DNA of 64,000 nt. Origin: Eledone cirrhosa (Eukaryota). The notes beneath the pieces were generated by a model. It did not search any database, had not been told where the DNA came from, and saw only the letters and a program-made list of their open reading frames with translations. Position numbers and translations under genes: made by a program. The stretch covers positions 133,920,001-133,984,000 of the forward strand of contig OZ024740.1 in NCBI GenBank assembly GCA_964016885.1, in the 5' to 3' direction. Positions 38,611 to 51,240 of this stretch are shown here, piece by piece; within the stretch, counting starts at the first letter, position 1; each line of letters starts with the position of its first letter.

Positions 38611-39788
38611 TGATAAAATTCTATATATTTTTAACCAAATTCTATTTTATTCTATTTATTTCGTATTTCATCAAATTCTGTAACTACAGCCAAGTTTATT
38701 TCTCCAATGAACCGCTCCAGCCACCAAAAATGAAAATTTCAAATTGCTTGATGATTTCGAATCGTTTCGAGCATAGTAAATAGATGGAAGATCAAATCAT
38801 GAATGTGACTACTGGGACCACGTGTTTTCTGGTCCGGTGATGTGAAACGTGGATACTTAATAAAAGCTGTTACCTAAACGTAATATACAAACAGCTTGAA
38901 GATTTCTGTGCCACTGAAATTTGAGTAAATTCAATATCAGTATGTTGTTATTTTTTTAACATATCACTGAATTTAGTATTCCGTTTCTCTTTGATTAAAA
39001 CAGAGTAATTTTATATAGTATGAGAAAAAGAATCTCTATTTACAAAGGGAAAATAGAAAACAGGGAAAAAGAAATTATAACTATCTCTCAGCCTTTTGCT
39101 TTCGAATCTTTTCCCTCCACTTAGGCTCTTATTCTATTACACTTACTCTCTATCTCTTTCTTTTTCTCTCTCTTTCTTTCTCCCTTTCTTCGAAAAAAGA
39201 GAAGAAACTGGCTATCTCTGAGCTTGTTAATTTATTCCGATGACACGTAACAATATTGAAACAGGCCGTAGAAACCGATATATGAAATAAATTGAAATAA
39301 AATAAATGTGGTCGTATAAACATAGCACTTTCTATCATTTGAGACATTATCAAAGATAACAGAAATATTTTGTTCTCTTTGTCACCCATTTTTCTCCTAT
39401 ACTCAAGAATAATGCATAGGTATTCTTAGAATTAATCGTATATTAAATAAACTGGTATAACTGCAAACAATAATATTAAGATTACTCGATGGAATTGTGT
39501 CATGGCGGAATGTCATGTCCCGCATGAGAAATACTATGTCTATGTTCTTGGCTCACTGGTGTGAAACCTGGACCCTCAAACATAGCTACTAACATGACGA
39601 AAGAAGCCAACAACGGAATAATTTCCATCTTAAACAATCACACACACACACACACACACACACGCACGCACACACACACCACACACACACATATGTATAT
39701 ATACATACATGTATATGCAATAAACATACGTATATAAATTATCTGTGCCTTAATGTTTATTCAAACGATATATGACATATTTATATAT

Positions 39789-39898
<110 letters not shown>

Positions 39899-40006
39899 AT
39901 ACATATATATGCACATACATTTATATATATATAATGTTTAATGTGCTACACGAACGGAGTAATATATGTAGGTAATACCTACATACGAATATAGATAGTT
40001 ATATAC

Positions 40007-40057
<51 letters not shown>

Positions 40058-40418
40058 TGCGCGTGTGTATACTTACATATATACATATATAGATACAGAA
40101 TGCTAAGTAATGTATTATTTTATTTATTTTTCATTTTTCTTTCTTTCTTATTTGCATCGAAGGTGGATTTTGAGAACATGAGAAATAAATGGTTTTTGTC
40201 TTACGCTGACTGATGTAGGAAAACAGTCCACCTGCTCTTCTGTCATCTATGGTGAACTGAAACAAGGAACTAAAGTCAAGAATAATATATATCTCAACAT
40301 AAAGAAACGATTAATGGAGATGCTGAGTGAAGCTATCTTCATAAGAATTCCAAAGAAATTGGAAACGTTGGTGAAAATCATGAATAATTATCTATATATA
40401 TGGGTAAATATATTAATG

Positions 40419-41155
<737 letters not shown>

Positions 41156-41169
41156 TATATATATATATA

Positions 41170-41264
<95 letters not shown>

Positions 41265-41288
41265 ATTTATATATATATAAATAAATAA

Positions 41289-41354
<66 letters not shown>

Positions 41355-41469
41355 TTATATATATATAAGTAAATAAATATATATATATATATTTATATAT
41401 ATATATATATATATATGTAAGTATGTATGTATACGTACATACATATATGTATACAGACGTACAGTAGCA

Positions 41470-41517
<48 letters not shown>

Positions 41518-41670
41518 CATACAGGTACACATACATATATGCACGCATCAGTTTAGCGGACGCTTATTATAACGCCGCTTTGTTCGTTTGTAAACAAACT
41601 GAACAGCCTGAATTTATGCTATACGGTGTTAAGGCAACCACGTCACCTTTTTGTTCAACACTGACACGGG

Positions 41671-41715
41671 AACGATGTACTAGTTTCAAGCTTGTTAGCT
41701 ATCATCTGCACCGTT
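41671..41715 (-). ncRNA. Hammerhead motif, array unit 1 (core mutated to CAGAUGA)
   Basis: AACGGUG-CAGAUGA-uAGCU(aaca)AGCUu-GAAA-CUAG-UA-CAUCGUU. Confidence 0.7.
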
Positions 41716-41949
41716 TACCCATCTGCCAGATAGTTGAACGTTCGAAAGTATATACTTTCCTTATGAAAATTAACGGCTGAGCAACCTAATTTGCATATTG
41801 AGTGAGTTAAATCGGTCAGGCATACCGATAACGATAAGTTGAAAATAATGAAAACGAAATTTCATTTCTCACTCTTAGTATGGCACTTACTTAAATGTAA
41901 GTATGTATGTATACGTACACACATATATGTATACAGACGTACAGTAGCA

Positions 41950-41999
<50 letters not shown>

Positions 42000-42152
42000 C
42001 ATACAGGAACACATACATATATGCACGCATCAGTTTAGCGGACGCTTATTATAACGCCGCTTTGTTCGTTTGTAAACAAACTGGAGAGCCTGAATTTATG
42101 CCATACGGTGTGAAGGCAACCACGTCACCTTTTTGTTCAACACTGACACAGG

Positions 42153-42197
42153 AACGATGTACTAGTTTCATGCTTGTTAGCTATCATCAGCACCGTT
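42153..42197 (-). ncRNA. Hammerhead motif, array unit 2 (intact core, stem II mismatch)
   Basis: AACGGUG-CUGAUGA-uaGCU(aaca)AGCau-GAAA-CUAG-UA-CAUCGUU. Confidence 0.8.
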
Positions 42198-42431
42198 TAC
42201 CCATCTGCCAGATAGTTGAACGTTCGAAAGTATATACTTTCCTTATGAAAATTAACGGCTGAGCAGCCTAATTTGCATATTGAGTGAGTTAAATCGGTCA
42301 GGCATACCGAAAACGATAAGTTGAAAAAAATGAAAACGAAATTTCATTTCTCACTCTTAGGATGGCACTTACTTAAATGTAAGTATGTATGTATACCTAC
42401 ATACATATATGTATACAGACGTATAGTAGCA

Positions 42432-42495
<64 letters not shown>

Positions 42496-42648
42496 CATAC
42501 AGGTACACATACATATATGCACGCATCAGTTTAGCGGACGCTTATTATAACGCCGCTTTGTTCGTTTGTAAACAAACTGAACAGCCTGAATGTATGCCAT
42601 ACGGTGTTAAGGCAACCACGTCACCTTTTTGTTCAACACTGACACAGG

Positions 42649-42693
42649 AACGATGTACTAGTTTCAAGCTTGTTAGCTATCATCAGCACCGTT
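42649..42693 (-). ncRNA. Hammerhead motif, array unit 3 (intact)
   Basis: AACGGUG-CUGAUGA-uAGCU(aaca)AGCUu-GAAA-CUAG-UA-CAUCGUU: 7-bp stem I, palindromic ACUAGU stem III, GUA triplet. Confidence 0.85.
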
Positions 42694-42921
42694 TACCCAT
42701 CTGCCAGATAGATGAACGTTCGAAAGTATATACTTTCCTTATGAAAATTAACGGCTGAGCAGCCTAATTTGCATATTGAGTGAGTTAAATCGGTCAGGCA
42801 TACCGAAAACGATAAGTTGAAAAAAATGAAAACGAAATTTCATTTCTCACTCTTAGTATGGCACTTACTTAAATGTAAGTATGTATGTATACGTACATAC
42901 ATATACGTACATACATATATG

Positions 42922-43020
<99 letters not shown>

Positions 43021-43500
43021 TGCTACTGTACGTCTGTATACATATATGTATGTACGTATACATACATACTTACATTTAAGTAAGTGCCATACTAAGAGTG
43101 AGAAATGAAATTTCGTTTTCATTTGTTTCAACTTATCGTTTTCGGTATGCCTGACCGATTTAACTCACTCAATATGCAAATTAGGCTGTTAAAAGGTGAC
43201 GTGGTTGCCTTAACACCGTATGGCATAAATTCAGGCTGTTCAGTTTGTTTACAAACGAACAATGCGGCGTTATAATAAGCGTCCGCTAAACTGATGCGTG
43301 CATATATGTATGTGTACCTGTATGTATGTATATATATATATATATATATGCATGCTACTGTACGTCTGTATACATATATGTATGTACGTATACATACATA
43401 CTTACATTTAAGTAAGTGCCATACTAAGAGTGAGAAATGAAATTTCGTTTTCATTTTTTTCAACTTATATATATATATTTATATATATATAAATAAATAA

Positions 43501-43545
<45 letters not shown>

Positions 43546-43546
<1 letters not shown>

Positions 43547-44066
43547 TACACAAGTATCAAACTTATGTTCAAATCATTTAATCGCCGACAAATGTTTCTT
43601 ACAAACTTTAGTTTGGAATCATCGGAGCATTATAAATGTGTGTACATATAATTAACCTCCTATTCAACTGAAGAATCATATAGATACATATATATTGATG
43701 TTGTGAACAACAGTTTAGTATATAACAGGTGTAATGGATGCAACATATATTATACGAGAATTGTACAATAATTCAAATTAAGATTAAAATTAAAATTAAA
43801 ATTAAAAGCACAGAGTGGAATACATGCGACAGATAATACAATAGAATAGTATAATAATTAAAGATGCATTGAGAAGGAAGTACATATTCAAGTGTGTAGA
43901 GATTGTACATGCGTTAGTCATATATATGGGAAGGAAACATGCAAATGTATTAGGCATATATGAGTACTGTATAGCAAGGTATTACAAGATATTATAAGAA
44001 AACTACTATTAAAACCCTAAAAGATGTAAATATAGAAGGCCGTAGTATAGTGTGTAAATTAGGACT
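43546..44066 (-). mobile_element. Inverted pseudo-LTR at the 5' end of the Penelope-like element; hammerhead-like motif at 43584-43628
   Basis: GCU-CCGAUGA-uucCAAAC(uaaa)GUUUGuaa-GAAA-CAUUUG-UC-GGC on minus; homologous to 14520-14880; abuts the 5'-truncated ORF on the opposite strand. Confidence 0.65.
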
Positions 44067-45982
44067 TCATTGACATACACAGCCATACACCCCTAACCCC
44101 CCGAGATTCTCTCTGAAGGACCATAAAGAAGACTTCATTAGTAACCCTTCGATAAGACTAATCTTCGCTTCCAAATCTGACATTGGGATTATCAGCAAGA
44201 AAATATTAGATAGAATCATCCCACAGATTAAGCACAAAATATATCTTAACCAGTGGGGAAATACAGGTGAAGTTATTGAATGGTTTAAGGATATTAAAGA
44301 GAATAAAAATAAAAAATTTATATAATTTGATATCAATTCATACTACACCTCTATTTCCCCTATCCTATTAAATAAGGCACTAATTATGGCCATGAACAAT
44401 AGTGACCTGACTAGATCCCAAATTGATGTCATGCTTGCGGCCCGAAAAACCATAATTACATTTGAAGATAAATTATGGACCCGCAAGGATACGCATAACA
44501 ACTTTGACATAATTATAGGATCTAGTGACTCGGCGCAGGTCACTGATTTGGTGGGCCTATATCTACTAAATGAAATTCATAAGAACGTACCCTACCTCAA
44601 TGGTGGTTTATACCGCGATGATGCACTATTCCTTATAGATTATAACAAATTTAATATAGAGAGAACTAGGAAATTATTACATAAAATTTTCAAAAACTTC
44701 AACTTAGGTATCAACATAGACAAAAACACTAAAAATGTTAACTTCCTTGATCCTACCCTTTACCTAGACTCTAAAAGATATACACCTTTACATAAACCTA
44801 ACGAAAAACTAATTTATATGGATACCAAGTCTAACCACCCTAAATCCATATTAAACTCAATCACTAAAGGAATATCTAATAGAATCTCTAATCTATCATT
44901 AAACCATATTTAACAATAATTCCCAATACTATAATCAGGCATTAGCTAAATCAGGCCATAAAAATGGGATTGAATTCCTACCTATAAAATCACATAGTTA
45001 CAGCATTATTTCTCACAATATGGCCATGAGGAAAAATAATAAGAGTACTAGCCACTCTTACTCTAATACGAAGGGTAATATCAAACTTAACTCGCACCAA
45101 AGTAAACACCACAATAATATTATAAAAAGAAATACCTCAATAGATATTACAAAAAAACAAAAATAGAAGAACTAATACATTCTTCAATCCCCCTTTCAAT
45201 CTAAACGTCTCTATCAACTTACCTAAGGCTTTCTTCTCAATCCTAGAAAATAACTTCCCATCTGGCCACAAATACCATAATCTTATAAATAAAAACACCA
45301 TTAAAATCTCTTACTCTACCACACCTAACATAGCATACCATATAGGTAGTAGTAATAAAAGGAAGAATATTAATTATTTCCAACTAATTAAAACACAGCA
45401 GGAGGTAAAATTACAGAACAACATAATAACTACAAACCCTAGTAGCAATAGTAATAATAGTAATACTAATGAAATCGATAACAATAAGAACGACAACCAT
45501 CGTCACCCTAATGCTATCCATAGCAACCAGACTTCTACACAACATAACCGGCAAGATAACATCCAAAATAAATGTAACGGTAGATCAAATAGAACTTTCC
45601 CATTAGGTAATTATTGCTTAATCAAAGACATTTACTCCTGCACGGTCAACACAAACAACTCTTCTAAAACATATATTGGCTCTACTTCGAACTGCTTCAA
45701 GACGAGATACAACTCGCACCTCCACTCTTTCAAAAAACACAATTTAGCCAACTCCACTTCACTATCTAGCTACATACACTCTCTGAAAACTAGGAAAGAA
45801 CATATACACTTCAATGGGAAATAGTAGGTGGGGCTACATCGTATAAACCACCGAATAAATTTTGTAACCTCTGTCTTCTAGAGACTTTTCGAAACTAAAC
45901 CTCCTAAATAAAAAGTCAGATATTTTCCTCGTGCCAGCACCACTACCGACACTCATTCCATAGTTTTAAACCTAGCCGCTAG
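44067..45982 (+). pseudogene. Penelope-like element RT plus GIY-YIG ORF, 5'-truncated and decayed (tentatively Nematis-type)
   Basis: LKDHKEDF..NPSIRLI, NQW, FDINSYYTSI, FDIIIGS.DSAQVTDLVGLYLL, GLYRDD, VNFLD, SNHP; linker FFNPPF; KTYIGSTSNCFKTRYNSH..SF; CNLCLLE. Confidence 0.92.
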
Positions 45983-48839
45983 TATATAACAATGTCGGAT
46001 TTGAATTCATCACCACCATTAACACTTCACATCTAAGACTTTTCTTCCCCCACAGCATCACACTCTTTGATCTGCTCTTTCCTCTACACAAATCCTATTT
46101 ATCTCTAACATTATACTCTAGAAATAAACATCTAGTCACCACATTATTATATAAATACTTTAGAGTACTTATAATATATACAGTAATTGAAATATAATAT
46201 ATGTATAGACATTAAATGTAATATGTGACATTTTTGTATGTGTGAGTGTGTGCTTTATTTAGTCTCTTTCTCTTATCCATCATTAAATATTTATTATTCT
46301 CTTCCCACATTCCATTGAGGGCGGGTTTATGTCAGTTTGAGCACTCTTTTGTATTTCTTATTAAGTGGTATGAAGCAGTATTGTTATTTCAAGCATACTT
46401 TCTCTTGGGGGTTGCCTTACTTTCTGTTTAACTATATGGCTTTCTTGTGGGTAGCCTTACTCCCTGTTTAACTGTGTGGCTTTCTTAATCCGTCTGAGCA
46501 TTGCGTCTGTTCGGTGCGAACATATGATTTTTATTTCAATGTTTTGTAGTGAGCTTCCATTTCCAAATTTGGAACTTAAGGATCGCAAAAAGAGGTGCTT
46601 AGGAAACTTTTTATGATAGGATAAGAGGATAGTTTTCGATACTAATTACTCAACATTTTGACCTCTCATTTAGCTTTAAATATATTTCTTCATGTTTCAA
46701 AAACGTACCAAAAGTTCAGCTGCAGATTGTAATAAAAGAGTTATTACTTGCAGTAGAAAAGCATATTCAGTTTGCCACTTCAGATCTTCATGATATAAAA
46801 AATTAGATTTATCAGCGCGTGAAGTATTTTTTGTTTCTGCTTTTATTACTTTAAATTGCAAAACCATTTAATAGAATTCTATTCTCTTAATTTTTTACTA
46901 TTTGAAGTCTTTTATCTCATCAACTTTTCGTATTTCAATGCTTAAATTTACTTTTTGCATTTCCTGTTTCGAAACAGAAAAGATAGTTTGTTTGGTAGTA
47001 ACTTTAGAAATAAATTTACATGCGTCCATTTGATAAGATACATATAGACACAATGTGCAATTAGTGCCATTAATTAAACCACAGGGCTCTCTCAGGCTCT
47101 CTCAGATGTATTTACTGTAAGCGTTTTATGCAGATAACATGTAGCTTACAATTTACCACTGTTATTGGAGAATTGGGAAGCAGGTAGATAAGATGAATTG
47201 CGATATTATTACAACCCTTTACGTACTCAGGTCAAATCCCACTGAGGTCAACTTCGCTTTGCAACATTCTGGCGTTAATGTAATAAAGAGTTGATGTGAT
47301 TGATTATACTCTCTTAAATGTGCATTAAACCTGGCTTCATTAAGTTAACTTTTCAGAATCTTGGCTTTTAGCCTACGATTCTCGACAGATACATAAAATA
47401 TTGAAAAGTGATAGCCTTCAGATATTTTCATGTGTATCATAGGAGCCTTGTGTTCGACTTTAAATGGTTGCTACGTGATCGTATTTAGTGCAGTAGTGTG
47501 ATGTAATAGCAGTCGTAGTGCAAGGTAATGTATTGTTCAGTGCGTATATAGTATTTAATGCATTAATTAAGGGAAATATACGCATTTTGTCTATGACCAT
47601 CACAGGGAGAGATGACTCGGTACATCGAGCTCAACCTGTTACTGCAGGATATGAATATTTCATCACTTATAAACCGTTATAGTGATGTAGTACCCTTGAA
47701 TTACATAGGTATGGAAATGTAATGAAAATCTGCAACAGAAACGAAATATTCAGTGACGTTTATTCAACTACGAAGTCGGATATCGAATGCCATTATAATT
47801 AACAAAAATATTATTAGCGTTGCTATGTTGCCGAAAACTGTGCCTTCGAATTTTCTTGTAACAATAACGTTGGTTGATCGACAGCGAGATTTCCTACAAT
47901 TCCTCTTAGGAATCGTATAGTAAAAGCAGCCTCCTTACATCTGTGTCTCAAAACACAGTAAACATTGTAAGTGGAGCCATTCATCTCAATCAACCACATC
48001 AGAATATAATACAGCAGTAAAATGGCTTTTCAAGATTATTTAATGATAATTATTGATTTGTTGTAAACGTTACGGACGTGTTTAGTTTCACAGATTAACA
48101 GAGACATTGAAGTTACTTAGATTTCTGTTGCTTGGTAACTACACCAGACATTTGAAGAACATATACAGTTATATTATCACAACGTCCAGAATCTAAAATA
48201 TTCTCTGCGTTCAAGGTTGTGTGTGTGTGAACGTGTGTACGCGCGTGTGTGTGTATGTGGGGGGGGGGGCTATTTATCCACATAAAATATATGTGTGTTT
48301 GTGTTCGAATTAACGAGTCCTCCATGTTACCGGATAAGTACCGGCCGAATCTCCCTTAAACCACACACGACCGTCCTAGAAAGCGGGGAATACATTGGAC
48401 AGCGTAGTCATTCATATGTTATATCTGAAAACGAACTGATGAGTACGCATGAAATGGTTTTTGACATAGGTTCGCATGATAATATACTTTAATTTGGAAA
48501 ACAGCAGCATAATTAGTTTCGGGAGTCATACAGTTATGATGATCCTTGATATAAATAACTAAGTTGAAATCTAAAGAATGAAATAGACGGAGATATCTAG
48601 ATAGAAATACAATGCTATATTTAGAGTTATTTAATTGGAGGTCGGGCTGTAGAAACTAAAGACACCACAGGCTTTCTCATATTATAAAAGTATATGTGTG
48701 CATATATTATATACACTAGACGAAAAACCGCCTTTTGTGCGGTTTTCTGCAAGCATATGTAGTGTGCGTATTGGTTTTATACGCAAATATACATGCTTAT
48801 AGATATGATATGTAAATTTAAAAGTAAATTAACAATATC

Positions 48840-49480
48840 TTCTTCGCCGACTTATTTCTAAGAAGGTCGTGGGGTCAGAGTCTTCCTAAAACACTCTTTC
48901 CAGCGAGTCTGTCAGAGGAAAACATCTCTGATGCAGCTGGATACCAAAGCGTGACCAGCCAAGCTCATAGATGTTATCCAACTATCTTGCTCGGCGCCTA
49001 CCTCTGGGTCTCTTGTTGGCTGGTTTTGCCTGTAAAATATGTCCAGCGATTCTTTCCTGAGACATTCTAACCACATGCCCATAGTATCGGAGCTGTGATC
49101 TCTCAATCCGGAGAAGTAGTGGCTCTACCAGGAGTGACTTTCTGATCTCTGAGCTATGACCTTTATCGAGTAACATTACTCCAAAGACCCTTCTGAAGAA
49201 CCCCATTTTTCCGTTTGTATTTGCAATTGTATTCTTTCGGCCATTACCCAAGATTAATGACCCTCGGTAAGGGTTGGCAGAAATACCAGGAAGATAGCGA
49301 GTTTGGCTTTTACACCTACCTCCCTTCTTCTGATTACTGAATGCTGAGGCTGGCACATTGCTGCATCAGCTTTTGCAATTCTTGCACTTAATTCAGCCTC
49401 ATACCTTCCATCACTCATGAACAAGGCTCTCAGATGCTTGAACTTTTCCAGCTGATTCAGTGGAACTTCATTCACATGTA
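48840..49480 (-). mobile_element. RTE-clade (Rex3/Expander-like) LINE 3' fragment
   Basis: LEKFKHL..LFMSDGR.EAEL.ARI, KAKLAIF..FLPTLT.GH, MGFFRRV.G..LLDK..SSEIRKSL.VEPLLLRIERSQLRYYGHVVRM, KRPRGR. Confidence 0.88.
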
Positions 49481-49729
49481 TATAAATTTGAGTGACTTCT
49501 GTCCATCCGTACGTCACTAAATGTGTGTGTTTGTTTGTGTGAATGTATGTGTGTGTAAACGGAAGAAAGGGCGGTACACACATATATGTCTCTAGCTTAA
49601 AAACGGTGACACATACACACACATATGTATATATATATATGACATACACACATATATATATAACACACACGTCTTTATTTTAAGATTGCCGACAAACTCA
49701 CGCGCGCGCACATACACACACTATCCTAT

Positions 49730-50180
49730 TACCACTGAAGAGCTTTGGCCCAGCCAAATATCTCCTCAATTTTGAAACCGTCTGGGTTGTCCAGAATTGA
49801 TGTGAAAAGACCTGTCTGTCTTACTCTGTGCTCCTAGTCAAGAGGCAGATGCCTTATCTGGGACATCATAGTTAGTGACTCTTTTGATTCTTCCCACACC
49901 CTGGATGCAGCGGTAAGGGCGAGAACCACAGCACCCGCAGCTGAACAGAACAAAATCCTAAAATAAAGTTATCTGTTGGCTAACTATATTTTCCAGCCTG
50001 TGGCGTTCGAGACGTTTGGGGAGCCGGACTACTGGCTGCGAGATTCTTATCTTCACTGGCGGCTCGCCTAAAAGGGGTAACTGGTGAAGCTTGTGATGGC
50101 GCTTGGTTGTTACAGTACCTCAGCCTCGCCTTCACCCGAGGTAACGCTACGAGTGTGCTGGCTTGCCTCAAAAATTATTA
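49730..50180 (+). mobile_element. CRE-clade non-LTR retrotransposon RLE domain remnant
   Basis: LKPSGLSRIDVKRPVCLTL..SRGRCLIWD, AAEQNK..K.., YIFQPVAFETFG, WLLQYLSLAFTRGNATSVL match the CRE RLE pattern (KRPDG.TL.PW, F.P.AFET.G, QRGNA). Confidence 0.8.
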
Positions 50181-50224
50181 GAGAGGTTTCCTAGTGCTGT
50201 CTCGCACTCCTCACTTTATTATAG

Positions 50225-50273
<49 letters not shown>

Positions 50274-50291
50274 TAGGCTGTTGGTTAAAAT

Positions 50292-50465
50292 AATAATTGC
50301 TTCTACTTTTGGCACAAGGCTAGCAATTACCCAGTGCATTACTGGTACTTTATTTTATCAACCCCATAAGGATGAAAGGGAAAGTTAACCTCAGCGGGAT
50401 TTGAACTCAGATGGAAGGGCCGTAACTCTAAACATCAAAGCATGGCGTCCGACCCTCTACCGATT
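50292..50465 (-). mobile_element. tRNA-derived SINE (family of 4543-4727)
   Basis: Same body and B-box. Confidence 0.85.
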
Positions 50466-50649
50466 AATATCATTAAAAAATACGTGGGAGAAATATAGGA
50501 AACAAAACTCGGGAGAGACGAGTACATGGATAATTCCCGCTCATTGGATGTCTTCTGGAGGTCATTATAGTTTCAGATTCACCGCCAGGACTATTCACCT
50601 CCAGTGCATCAATATTATCCATGGGATGAAAACACAAATGAAAATTTGT

Positions 50650-51120
50650 TTCGGGGTCATTTAGCTCAATTGTACGGAATGCTCAGTCGGATTTTGAGAG
50701 GAACGACGTTCGATACTTCGTACCGACACGTGGACACTTTTTCCCGTCTATTGGGGTATGTTCTCACCTATTATTTATAGCTGTGATTACAGTTATTTTC
50801 TGCAATTCATATTTGTTCATTTTCTAAAAAGTTCAATCTATACAAAGGTCCAATAGTTTATTTTCGAAATGTTTACATTCACTCTGTTCAGCAAGGTTTC
50901 TATATAGACGGAGGTTCTTTTCGGGGGTCGATTAGCTCAATTGTGCGGAGTGCTCAGCTGAATTTGTGACATACGAAATTCGAATATTTGTAGGGGTTGC
51001 TGGTTCCTATTTTCCGTATATTGAAGTATTAGACTCGATTTTTTAAACTATTATTTAGAGCAATCGACATAGACTACAGTTATTTTTCTGCGTTTGAAAT
51101 TTGAACATATTCTAAGAATA
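50650..51120 (+). repeat. Two diverged ~200-270 bp direct repeats with tRNA-like heads
   Basis: Both start TTCGGGG(G)TC..TTAGCTCAATTGT.CGGA.TGCTCAG and end TACAGTTATTTT(T)CTGC..TT..ATTTG..CAT.TTCTAA. Confidence 0.65.
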
Positions 51121-51179
51121 TATTTATGTATGTATATATATATATATTACACACACACATACATACATACACACACACG

Positions 51180-51237
<58 letters not shown>

Positions 51238-51240
<3 letters not shown>

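Larger units (their letters stand above)
41415..43466. repeat. Tandem array of ~482-496 bp units (3 direct copies plus an inverted, internally deleted block)
   Basis: Near-identical units start at about 41415, 41895 and 42378, each with an internal (TA)n; inverted block at 43017-43466. Confidence 0.95.

Noticed and set aside
40205-40280. CTGATGT...CAGTCCACC/GGTGAACTG-AAAC hammerhead-like stretch
   Set aside because: The core is mutated and stems I and III cannot be closed convincingly.
46549-46594. Possible micro-exon ELPFPNLELKDRKK
   Set aside because: Weak donor (GTGCTT) and no supporting homology.
48432-48460. CTGATGAGTACGCATGAAA hammerhead-like core
   Set aside because: Lies in a decayed SINE body; stems I and III are absent.
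49731-49790. CTGAAGA...GAAACCGTC hammerhead-like motif
   Set aside because: Explained as coding sequence of the CRE RLE remnant (..ALA..SSILKPSGLSR); stem II does not form.
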